DNA of 64,000 nucleotides from Octopus vulgaris (Eukaryota): the NCBI GenBank assembly GCA_951406725.2, contig OX597816.1:104284001-104348000 (forward strand), read 5' to 3'. This document shows, piece by piece, positions 41,842 to 54,599 of the stretch. Below the pieces are notes generated by a model that saw only the letters and a program-made list of their open reading frames with translations, was not told the DNA's origin and made no database searches. Position 1 is the stretch's first letter. Every line of letters begins with the position of its first letter. The translations under genes and the position numbers were made by a program.

Positions 41842-41900
<59 letters not shown>

Positions 41901-44900
41901 CAGAAAGACAGAAGTTACTGCTACAGAATAACGCAGTCTGTAATGACAGGATTTTCTTGATTGAATCGAGTGCACAATGGACAGAAAATGACAAACTAGC
42001 TTTGGAATAAGAAGAGAAGAAAAGCGTGAAGGGAACATGTGAGTTGAGAAGAAGGGAAGCAAGAACGAAAAGAAGAAAGAAAGTGACGTAAGGAAATGAA
42101 TAAGGAAGAATCGAGGAAAGGCAAAATCTAAATGCGTCAAAGAAAAAGAAAAGAAAAAAAACTAAGTGAAATTTGCCGGATAATTGGTGAAACAAGATAA
42201 AAATGATAATGATAGGGAGGAGGTGTCGACAATAAAATCAAAATAACATACAATAAGATGGAAAAATAGTTTCACAATGTAGAAGAAAAACATGGATCGT
42301 GGAAGCTGTCAATAAACATTAATTTTATATTTCTTTCCTTCACTTTGATGCATTTAAAAAAAAAATATTTCTAATTTTATTTAATAGAATTTTTTTTCTG
42401 ACTTCTTTACTCCCTGTGATGAAGCTTTAGTTTGGCTGGGGTTTCTTCCATTAAATCCGGAAATGCAAGTCCTATTTTTTAATGGCTGCTGACTATGCTG
42501 GCGGGATATACATCGTTACTACTGATTACATCATTAATAGACAAGATTCAACAGCATAGCATTCCAAAATTCAGAAGCTCTGCATTATAGAAGCTCCTAG
42601 ACATATGCAGCTAATGACAATAAGAATTCTAAAATTCCTTTAATTTTCATAATATCATAAATTCGTATTACTCTGCAAATATGATGACTTTAAGTAGAAG
42701 TGAAAGTAGAACTTCAGATAACGCCACTGCATTTGCTTCCGATTCTACAAACATATTTATCAAAAGTATCTTCAGGCTATTCTTTTCTTACACTGTTTCT
42801 CACTAGCGCATTAGAAAAGTGTAGCTATTTTTTTAAATCAACTAATAGTTTTGAAAAAAAAAAAGTTAAATAAAATATGTGGTCAGAATCTCCTATCACA
42901 CTAACCCAAATAGCTGACCACTCTTGATTTTTTTCTTTCATTACCTTCAAATACATTGTTGCAAAACTAGGTAGCATCCTCGAAACTTTTCTCTTTCTTA
43001 TTTCTCTTACCAACCAATATTTCTCTCTCTTCCTTTCTCTCTAGTATGTTATCCTGGTTAATGGAAATGCACTACAAAATTTTCCATTTCTTAGATGAGA
43101 ATCTATGGCCCCGGCAACTATAATATTTTACCTCCACTATCAACCTGTTAAAGATGGTAGAAGCAATAAACAACTAACTCTTAATGTTCCCCTCGCAAGA
43201 GTCGTCCACTCAAACTTAGACAGTATTGCACTGTTTCTAAGAATGAATTCCTAACAAAAGTACTTCATAACTAAGCTCCTTAAATATATCAAAGATGCTA
43301 AGACTCATACTCTCAGTTGATATTATTAGTGTCGTTTAATTACCTAACACTCCTGATCAAAAAAGCCTATGATTATGGTCTCCTAACTGTGATCACTTCT
43401 TCGTTTTTGCTATGTAGAACAGCATGAATCAGTACTTCATTTCCTTATTTGAGACAGTTTTGTATTATTTGAAGAAATTTGACTGCTTTTTTCCTGCAGC
43501 TGAGAGAAATTGCAGACCCCTTTTTTGCCTCGTAATTAAATATAGCATCTCAAAACAACAACACAGCCAAATATGTATTTCAAACAGCAGGCATTCTCTT
43601 AAAGTCTAGAAAATAAGCCATTCTTATTAGTTTTAGACCTGCTACAAGTCACCGGCGTGATCTACATTGGATCCTTAAAATATCTGTGATCATCTTCAAA
43701 TGCCACTTAGCAAGTGATTAACGATTAAAAAATAGTTTAATAAATAAAAAAAAACATATATTTTCGCTGTCCTCGCAGTAACTTAATCATAACCAGCCCT
43801 TCCATTAATCAATATTCATACCAATTACTCTACCACCATTGTAAAGCTTCTACGGTTCTCAGTATATCACATATGTATGTATATGTGCGCATTTGATTAC
43901 GTCTTTAAATAGCGTCCTCTTTCTCATTCCTCTCACCGCCACAACGTTCCCGCCGATAAACACTCTTATTTCTCCTTTTTGCCTCTCCCTTTTACCAAAC
44001 TATCAAGCACGTATCATAAGTAGGTGCATATGTAGAATGATATCATAGATTTATTTGGTTTTGCTCAACCATCATCTTTGGAAAAAAAAATATGGGATCG
44101 CTGCTCTTCATACGAATACTGTGGCTATTAGAGTTTACAAACTCCTTCCTTCCTTAAATAGCATAATTAGGATTCACACGATTCGTGCGAGATATTAAGC
44201 CTGAGATTTTTGCTTGAAGAAGCTTGGGAGACACTGATATTAGACGATTAACCGACTTCTGTAATTCACTAGAACTTTATTTTATCGAACAATGAAAAAT
44301 GGAAGGTAACGCTAACTCGGTGAGAATAACAATAGTACAACTTTTTTTTTCACATTTGCTAAGATAGTGAAGTGCATTGCTCCACTTGTATATCAGCATA
44401 TTCTGAATTCTCTATATAATATCAGCAATATTTCACATAAACAGGAAGATAAATGATAACTGAACTCAGAAAGTAAATAACTGAAGTTAAATACGGCACG
44501 CTAGCAATCTCCGTTGCTCTAATCTACTCAAGTGGAAAGTGAATACCATCTGAGTACTTGTGCAGTCCAATTTCTCCCTGTCTATCACATCTCGAACGTT
44601 CTACTGAGAAATGGTAAAAGGGTGGAAAGTGGGGATTTTGATACGTGTCTGCATCTGTACTTGCTCACCACTACATGAAGAATTAAAGTAAGTGAGAAAA
44701 GCATGATACATGCTATCAAGTCATACATTCTGCCGAATACCGGCTAAGATTTTTTACACCAGTTGCTATATTTCGCGGATGAGCAAATATTTTCATATCA
44801 AAATTCGATGTCTCAGTCGAACCATTGCAACAGTATCTAGATTTCATAAATTATCAGTAACTGCACGAGGCTGAAATGCATCTTTTGTGTTTGAAAAGAA

Positions 44901-45624
44901 GTCTGATACGCAGCATATAGAAATTATCTACCTTTTTTAACATTCGATCTTAATCTTTCAATCGTATTTTATCATATAATTACAAGGATAGATTGACTTA
45001 AGATATTGAAATAATTTAATCGAAAATAGCCATTTATAAGTGTTCCTATTGTATATCTAGGAATGTTACTAAAGATAGATACAGATATCTAATGATTTGC
45101 ATTTCATCATCAAGCCGCCTTCATATCATTCGGAGAATAAGATTGTTTTAAAAGCAACATGTAACATTTTAAATTAAAGACTATAAGGCATAAAAGAAGA
45201 ATTAGTGCTTAGGGTAAAACATCGTATAACATTTAATGTACAGTTAACAGTTTATAAATGGCAGAATCAGTTATCAACAAGAAAACATTCCCAACATTCA
45301 TGATTTCATTTAGTAAAAATTTTATACCCATGTCTGCAATTTTGGGAAAGTATTGTATTTTGGTGTGTTTTTTTTCCGTGAAAATACATCACCACACATA
45401 TACAAATAATTGTTCTTCGATTTGATCTAGAATTACTATATGTATGTAGCTATGTGGGTGTCTATGTAAATAATTATGCATGCATGCGTCTATGAATATG
45501 TGTGTGTGTGTATGTGTGTGTGTGTAAGTGTGTGTGTGCGTGTGTGTGAAGGACAGATTTATTTGTATGTTAACACGTCTTGAATTCTCCGTATAATATC
45601 AACATTTCAATAAAGAAAAATCGA

Positions 45625-45713
<89 letters not shown>

Positions 45714-45785
45714 GCAACAATAATAATAATAGCGGTGATGGTGATGATAATGTTGATGACGACGACTATGATAATGATGATGATT
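45625..45785. repeat. (TAC)n-(AAT)n-(GAT)n compound microsatellite
   Basis: Seen directly. Confidence 0.95.
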
Positions 45786-46072
45786 TCTTACTATAATAAA
45801 AAAAAAAACATTCTTTAAAGAATCAGTCACGAAGTATGAAAGTTTCTGGCAACAAAAAGTGTTTTCGCGCTCAATCTGTTATTTTCTGGAATAATCCCAT
45901 CAACCAGTCACCGAGTTGTTATTTCCTTGAAGCTATCCTTTTATTCTAAGATTAGTTTTTAAATGACTTCAGATAACTTTCTTCCTTCAGTTAAGTTCTT
46001 ATGTCTATCTAAGTATCAAGAAACATAAAGTATAGTGTTGTGTTTATCAAGGCTTGTTGATCAGCATCGTAA

Positions 46073-46330
<258 letters not shown>

Positions 46331-47427
46331 ATGGAAGGTCTTATAGTGAGGATAGTAGCTGTAATGAGGCGGACTTAATACGATAAAAAATGTCTATAAG
46401 AATCGCAGACTCTAAGAAACACAAACCATACTTTAGAATTAAAAAAATTGCTCGAAATTCGCTTTTTTTCAAGTTATACATGCCGTAATAGTTGTCCCTT
46501 AGAATCGAAACTTGTATTTATGATATTGATCAAGTAACACTAATAATTTGAAGTATGTGTTAAGAAAATGTCTCAGAGAAGATATATAGATTTATATATT
46601 GTTGTAAACAGCAGTATGTAAATATATAATTGTATGCAATGATGAGGATACAGTGATGTATAAGTTATTGGATCTGAAAAGTGAGGGCAGTTCTGTGCAA
46701 ACTTCATTCACTATAATCGAATTTATGTACAGGAACTTCTTGAGGAACATAGTATATACAAAAAAGTCGTGCGGTGGTAGCGAGTTGCGGAACACACACA
46801 ATTTTGATCAGTCTGTAATATGTAATTGTAAAAAAGCATTTTGGAATACTACTTGGCTCTTTTCGAAACTTTAGCGTTAAAGAGATCCGTCAGCAACTCG
46901 AGGGAATGTGCAGAATTCACCAATCAGAATGAAATTTAGAGTTTTGTGGAGACAACAAAAGTAGAAGATGGATAAAAATTGAGAGATTCGCCTCCCTAGG
47001 AAAAACTAAAAGGTTTGGTTTGCGTCTCAGCTAAAAGCTAACCAGTCTGTGGGGTCTGGATTGCATGAAAGCCCACAGAAAAGGAAGAGGACTATAGCAC
47101 TAATTTTGAACTTCTACGTGTCAGTATACCGTGCGGTCAAGATAAAATCCTATGCTACTAAACTAGGTAGTGAGTTGTGTTTACAACGCCTTTCAAATAA
47201 TGCTTGTATGTGCATCTGTGTGTGTGTTTGTGTGTGTCAGTGTGTGTGTATTAAAATATTACAAACATGACTTCTAAGATATTCAACACATGATATCAAT
47301 TCCGCATCATACATGCACGCACACATTCCTACACGCAGTATCAGATCTATGTATTTAATCAAGGATGCATCTATGCATTCTGTTATTCTTTTTATGATTT
47401 GTCCTTGCTCTACATCCATATACGCTC

Positions 47428-47458
<31 letters not shown>

Positions 47459-48144
47459 TGTATGTATGTATGTATGTATGTATGTATGCATGCATGCAAA
47501 TATGTATGTATGCATGCATGCAAATATATATGTATGTATGTGTGTGTATATGCAGGTATTTATGTACGTATGTATGCTTATATTTATGCTTATGTATGTG
47601 TGTATGTATGTATGTATGTATGTATGAATGATATATGTCTGTATGTATGTGCTTATGATAGTATGTATATATGTAGCCCGGTATGTATGAATGTCTGTAT
47701 ATAGGCGATCGCTTTAGCTACATTAAAAGCAGGAAACCATATTAGACATTTCAGGAATCAAAATGATTATTAGCTAGGTTTCTTGTAAGATGATAATGTA
47801 AGAAGTTTGAAGAATACGTAATCTTTGAAACCAGTTGATAAAATTTCATCCTCCTGGCAATGTATTTTCAGTTCTTACATTGTTATCTGTATTTCGCTGC
47901 ACCGCTGTTCAAGAAGTTGCCTATAGCAGGTTAAAGTTTGGGCATCTCTTGATGGCTATCATGTGAACATACGCAATATATCTACCAGTCTTTCGTTAGC
48001 TTATAACATTAAATTTTAAGGTCATAACTCCCTGGAATAGTTAATATTCAGCAAACGTCTTCAGAATGTTATCCCTTTAGTCTGTCTAAATCCATTTGGA
48101 GCAGTAGTAGCTCAATCTACTTCGAGCAGCAGCAGTATATAAGA

Positions 48145-48365
48145 TTCTCTTTGTACTAAAGGCACAAGGCTAGTAATTTTAGGAAAATAATTTAATCGAT
48201 TATATCCCCACCCCCTCTAGTGCGTGACTAGTATTACTTTATCGTCCTCGACTGGATGAACGTAATGTCGACTGCGGTGTAATTTGAACCTATAGCGAAA
48301 AGTGAAGAGAAATGCTGCTAAGCGTTTTCTTCGGTGCGATAAGGATTCCGCTAGCTCGCCGCCCT
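48145..48365 (-). mobile_element. Diverged Nin-domain-type SINE
   Basis: aaatgctgctaagc and gattccgctagctcgccgcc resemble 37280-37335. Confidence 0.7.
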
Positions 48366-51139
48366 AACATCAGCATAATATAATACATGCAAACTAATTC
48401 TAAAATAATATTGTTACTCTAGTTTAAAGCTGTCTTATTTAAACAGCAATAACAACTTAATATGTTTCACATAGACTTATTCTTGTTATTTAAATAGTGA
48501 AAATGAAATATAAATTGATGAATTTTAAAATCTGTTACATTCTAGTGTAAAAAATATTGACTGTAATTTAGTGATTAATTGCTGGTGATAGCTTGATATT
48601 GTTGTGAGAAATACTTACGTTCATTGATATATACAAAAATTCGATAGCTTCTGAAAAGCCAATTCTGCAAAAACAAATATTATGTAGAATTATAATGATC
48701 AGTAATTTCTGCATAACTAAAATTCAAATTATTTTAACGTTAGACATTTATGGGAATTTTATTTATAGATTATGGTAAGAAATTCTCTTGATACATTATA
48801 TGTAACCTTTCGTATATGAACATTATTAATTCTTTTATCCATTTATGACTTTTATTATATAGCGGCTATAATTGATAACATATCCATGTTTCTTAGGTAT
48901 TTTATATATCTTTGATATACTACATTTTATAAAATTTGCTTCGGTGATAACACCCGAAACAGTGTAAAGATATATCACAACTTGTGCGATAAAATGAAAT
49001 AAATTAAAATAAAAAGCAATTTATAGAAGAAAAGTACAATTGCCAGTGGCGCACCTAATGCTGATAACGATAAAATGATTGTGCTACTGAATGTTGACAA
49101 CGTTCATAGTTTTAATAAAATGTCTAAACGAACAGAATCAATTATTGAGCAATAAGAAAATTAGGAAAACAATTGTGCAACGATTTCATTTAATGGATTG
49201 CTAACAAGTTTTCACATCTAACATATTTATCTCTGCACAATAGCACAGTTGTGATGCATGGTGGAAATAAATATCGTTACAGCTAGCTTTAGTTTCTGGA
49301 AGACATATTTGATTTTTCCTTCTATTCAACGTTGGCTCATGTATATTAACCTAGAATCTAACAACTTGAAATGAATGCGATTTAATTGCAATTGGTTAAG
49401 TCTGAAGTAAGTGACCTACTCTCAACAGAACAAGTACTTTTTTATATCATAAAAAAATCTATCTTTCTTTTCCCACATCAAAACTTCTCACTAAAGATTT
49501 TTCTCTTTAATTTTCGTATCGACAGATAATTATTTTCTGTCCAAGGAAGACTAATTATACCACATGTCCATATATAGTTGCAATGAATAACTGTGGCCCA
49601 TTTCGGTGACAAACTCAGTGAAGACACGAAATCAATACAGGAGTGTGGGTAGAAGTGTTTGTTAAATGCACATATTGATTAAACGCCATGGAAAGAGTTG
49701 GTCTATTTTACCGACATCAGAACAAACAAGTTGGTGGGATGTAGACACATTAAAATAATAATCAAGAAATTGTATTTTCATGAGGCAACACTTTTGTAAC
49801 AAGCTGCAAATGAATTGAAAGAAAAAAATCTTTTTGTTCTTGGTCATTATTCATTGACTTCGCATACAATAGTATACTTTGGAGAAAGCACTTACTAGAG
49901 CCACCCGTCATACCAGATGAGATCTAATTGTATAACCATTTTCTATTAAATATCGGCTGATATAAAGGTTATTCAGTTGTTTATTATTATAATAGATATT
50001 GATAAATAATTAATCTTTCTATTAGCTTCCTTTATATATTTTGCTGTTCTATAATCATTTAGCGCGCACTTTAACCATTTGGAGAGAAAACAGCTTCCAG
50101 ATTCAACTTGTGTGCATTAACAATAAACAAAATTCTCAAAACGCCTGCAAATGCGTTGTGGAAGATTTAAGTATTGCAAATGAAAATACCGCTGTCACCA
50201 TAAGCAAATATATTCATTTGTGTTGTCGCATTCATAAATGAATAAAGTGTTAAGATAGAGAAATTTTATTTTTTCTGTTTTAGAAATCAAGATAGTTCAA
50301 CAAAAAAATTGAAGATGTTAGCCGCCACTTCCAGTTGCGACTGTCATAAAAGACTAAACTGATTATGTTATACAGAACTCTCTTAACTAGACACTTTCTA
50401 AATGTTTGAATTTCGTTACGAACTTTGTGAATATTTTAAGTTGTAAAGAATAAAAAAAGAAATAGTTAAGTGACTCCAAATGTTGACCATGTAAATTGTA
50501 GAAAATGTGAGATGTGTTGTTCGTAAATGTGAGTGATGTAAAAGAATATTTCAATAAAGCACGACCGAGAATATTTCACAGTTATATAATATCTCTTTTC
50601 CAACGTTGTTATAGTTGTTTCCTCTGTTGTTATTATTGTTGTTGTCACTGTTATTGTTGCCTCAAGCGGATTGTTTTCAAGTTGACTCACAACGATCGGC
50701 ATTTCAATTTTCACCATGCTAATTGTTGGTATGTCTAGGACTACATTGTTCATGTGTATTTACTCTTATTTTAAGACTAAAGGGTGTATTTAAAAGCGGT
50801 TTTGTAGCGGCCACACCAGACAAATTGGTAATATATGTAACAATATGAAAAGTCTCATCATGCTCCGCAAAAATCATTAAATGGGGGAGGTTAGCTTTAT
50901 TGGTATACCTATTAGATAACTCGTTGTTACACATGCGCACCACACATTTATACACAACTATACCTACCGCTTATCATGTAGAAGTATATTTTCTGTAATA
51001 CGGTATTTCTTTTCTTGAATGTTGTTGAAACCCTGGTTGTTCACACTATGGTTCACAACTTCTGAAACTGATGTTATTCCTCATAAGCTTACTTTTTTAT
51101 ATACTACAACGGTTATGCTGTATGTGTCTAACTGCCTGA

Positions 51140-51298
51140 GGAGGGGACTAGTCGATTACATCAACCCCAGTGTTTCACTGGTACTTAATTTATCGACCCA
51201 GAAAGGTTGAAATGCAAAGTCGACCGGGTGAAATTTGAACGCAGAACGCTTAGACGTATGAAATGCTGCAAAGATTTTGTCATCATGCTAACTATTCT
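51140..51298 (-). mobile_element. Nin-domain-type SINE, truncated at the start of the AAT-element cluster
   Basis: gtcgattacatcaaccccagtg, ggtacttaatttatcgaccc and gcaaagtcgacc. Confidence 0.8.
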
Positions 51299-51299
51299 G

Positions 51300-51489
51300 G
51301 AGCGGGATGGGTTACTCGACGAGAAGAAAATTCTAACTGGGCCCCACCTGCAAGGTCATGTGCTATTTATCTTGATATGAGATCACCATGTCGCGCACAT
51401 ATGGTTGTGAGACATATGCCTAGTGTGCCTTTATCAGACGTATATTTTACTCCAGTGTCACTTTGATGGCATGCACTGCTCTCTCACTC

Positions 51490-51549
<60 letters not shown>

Positions 51550-52295
51550 CACGAGCAGAAGTAGTGGGGGAGCATCATAGCCATGTGTTGAGAGGGATTC
51601 TATGTGCATCTCTGATCACGAGCAGAAGTAGTGGGAGAGCATCATAGCCATGTGTTGAGAGTAATTCTATGTGCATCTCTGATCACGAGCAGAATTAGTG
51701 GGGGAGCATCATAGCCGTGAGTTGAGAGGGATTCCATGTGCATCTCTGATCACGAGCAGAAGTAGTGGGGGAGCATCATAGCCATGTGTTGAGAGGGATT
51801 CTTACATTGTTTTGTGTTTTGTCTTGGTATAAAAGATGGGCTACAGCAAATATTCTGCTCAATACCACAGATTTGCTTGTCAGTTGTTTGACCTTAACCA
51901 GTTGAGCATGTCCCTTAGTGGCTGACGATATGTGCATCTCTGATCACGAGCAGAAGTAGTGGGGGAGCATCATAGCCATGTGTTGAGAGGGATTCTTTGG
52001 GGTTTGAATAATTCACCTCTGGAAACATGGGTGGTTCTTTCAACATCCTTAAACAACCCTTATTCAGGGACCTTTTGAGCGGGATGGGCTACTCAACCTG
52101 AAGAAAATTCTAACTGGGCCCCACCTGCAAGTTCATGTGCTGTTTACCTTGATATGAGCTCACCATGTCGCGCACACATGGTTGTGATGCATGTGCCTGG
52201 TGTACACTTATCAGACGGGTAGTCATGATGGGTATATTGGGTTTCGTATATTTTACCCCAGTGTCACTTTGATGGCATGCACTGCTCTCTCACTC

Positions 52296-52342
<47 letters not shown>

Positions 52343-52409
52343 TGGGTATATTGGGTTTCGTATATTTTACCCCAGTGTCACTTTGATGGCATGCACTGCT
52401 CTCTCACTC

Positions 52410-52410
<1 letters not shown>
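51300..52410 (+). mobile_element. Head-to-tail fragments of the ~560-bp AAT-tailed element (51300-51490, 51550-52296, 52339-52410)
   Basis: Each fragment ends in gcactgctctctcactc followed by (AAT)n. Confidence 0.9.
51550..51801 (+). repeat. 67-bp tandem repeat, ~3.8 copies
   Basis: cacgagcaga starts at 51550, 51617, 51684 and 51751. The unit is an internal piece of the 560-bp element. Confidence 0.95.
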
Positions 52411-52473
<63 letters not shown>

Positions 52474-52479
<6 letters not shown>

Positions 52480-53914
52480 ACTTAGGAATCCATGAACTAG
52501 ATAAGACACAACACACACAAATGAAAGAGAAAAAAAAAAGAATATTATAGACGAGTTAGATCAATACTAAACACAGAGCTCAATGCTAAAAACAAGATAA
52601 TAGGTATCAACACTTTAGCTGTCCCAGTTATAAGTTACAGCTACAATATCCTTAACTGGACAGGACCAAAATAGACAGGAAAACAAGAAAAATAATGACA
52701 GGATCTAGGATGCATCACCCAAAATCTGACATAGAAAGACTATATATACAACGTATAGAAGGTGGTAGAGGCCTTATACAGCTGGAAAACTACTATAAAA
52801 TAACCACCATAGGACTGCAAAAATATCTACTTCAGAAGGAAGGAAAACTGATCCAGATAGCGGCAAAACACGAGCAAAACAAAAAACTGTTCTCAGTATT
52901 TAAGGAAGCTGACAAATACAAACAAGAAATCATACCACCTAATAAACATGAAGAAGAAGAAGAAGATGAAGAAACAACAAAAGCTATAAAAAAAATGAAA
53001 TCCAAACTAAAAATAGAACAGCAAAGAACCATGATAAAACGATGGCAAGAAAAGCCCCTTCATGGTAAATACTGGACTAAACTAAACGCAAAAGAAATAG
53101 ACAAAGAAAAATCCCAGCAATGGTTGAGAAGCTCAGGACTCAAAGCAGAAACAGAGGGATTTTTAATTGCAGCAAAAGACCAAAGCCTCCCCACCAGAAA
53201 TTACCAAAAACATGTAATGAAAAGAAATATTACAAGTAACTGCAGAATATGTGGAGATGGACAAGAAACAATAAATCATATTATCTCTAGCTGCCCAGTC
53301 CTGGCTAAGAAGGAATATATTCACAGACATGACAGAGTTGGAACTTACATACATTGGAAGCTATGCCAACATTATGGAATAACAACAGAAAAAAGATGGT
53401 ATAGGCACACACCAGAAAAGGTCACAGAAAACGAGAAAGCAACCATACTCTGGGATATGCCGATACACACAGATAGAGAAATTAAGGCCAACAGACCAGA
53501 TATAGTTGTCAGAGACCATGAAGAAAAAAAAATGCTTTCTAATTGATGTATCAGTACCGGCAGATGACAACGTGTCTCTAAAAGAAATGGAGAAACTCTC
53601 AAAATACAAAGACCTGGAAATAGAGGTAACTAGAATGTGGAATCTGAAAACAGAAACAATTCCTATCATAGTAGGTGCATTAGGCATGATAAAAAAATAT
53701 TCAGACAAATACATAACAAAAACACCAGGACTTACAAACACATATAACATACAGAAAATTGCACTACTGGGCACTGCACACATCCTACGCAGAACACTTT
53801 CCATACAATAACCATCAGAGCATCACAACAAATCACAGCACATACCCAAGGCACACAGAGCTGTGCTCGGTAGTGAAGTGAAAGCACGCTATAAAAATAA
53901 AAATAAAACTACTG
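52474..53914 (+). mobile_element. 5'-truncated R4/Dong-type non-LTR retrotransposon (RT end, CCHC knuckle, restriction-like endonuclease)
   Basis: KYLG, ERLY..R..GGRGL, CRICGDGQETINHIISSC, RHDRV, RPDIVV, CFLIDVSVP, EKLSKYKDL and IIVGALG. Frameshifts in A-runs. (AAT)n on both sides. Confidence 0.93.
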
Positions 53915-53929
53915 AATAATAATAATAAT

Positions 53930-54487
53930 AAATGCCCTGATGCAGTTCCAGGCAGTGGCTCTCGTGGCTTCTGATCTTAACTGATTGGAAGTGTTATCAT
54001 GTACATTGTTTTGTCTTGGTATAAAAGATGGGCTACAGCAAATATTCTGCTCAATACCACAGATTTGCTTGTCAGTTGTTTGACCTTAACCAGTTGAGCA
54101 TGTCCCTTAGTGGCTGACAATATGTGCATCTCTGATCACGAGCAGAAGTAGTGGGGGAGCATCATAGCCATGTGTTGAGAGGGATTCTTTGCGGTTTGAA
54201 TAATTCACCTCTGGAAACATGGGTGGTTCTTTCAACATCCTTAAACAACCCTTATTCAGGGACCTTTTGAGCGGAATGGGTTACTCAACCTGAAGAAAAT
54301 TCTAACTGGGCCCCACCTGCAAGGTCATGTGCTGTTTATCTTGATATGAGATCACCATGTCGCGCACATATGGTTGTGATGCATGTGCCTAGTGTACCCT
54401 TATCAGACGGGTAGTCATGATGGGTATATTGGGCTTCGTATATTTTACCCCAGTGTCACTTTGATGGCATGCACTGCTCTCTCACTC

Positions 54488-54488
<1 letters not shown>
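53930..54488 (+). mobile_element. Longest copy of the ~560-bp AAT-tailed non-coding element
   Basis: Runs from aaatgccctgatgcag to ctctctcactc, between AAT tracts. Confidence 0.9.
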
Positions 54489-54529
<41 letters not shown>

Positions 54530-54531
54530 AT

Positions 54532-54563
<32 letters not shown>

Positions 54564-54599
54564 ATAATAATAATAATAATAATAATAATAGTAATATTA

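Noticed and set aside
41455-42475. Isolated CTGATGA/GAAA-like motifs (41508, 42414; also 87, 48955, 58165)
   Set aside because: Stems I-III cannot be formed convincingly.
44520-44680. SNVLLRNGKRVESGDFD resembling kinase subdomains VIb-VII
   Set aside because: No HRD or DFG, an in-frame stop follows, and no other kinase exons were found.
50466-50955. 95-aa and 78-aa minus-strand ORFs
   Set aside because: Partly low-complexity (aca/ata repeats), with no recognisable domain.
51550-51801. CRISPR-like regular array
   Set aside because: The units are contiguous 67-bp copies with no unique spacers, there are no cas genes, and the unit derives from a retroelement.
53944-53958. 12-nt match ttccaggcagtg shared with the tRNA-like head at 2508-2519
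   Set aside because: No flanking similarity, so it is probably chance.
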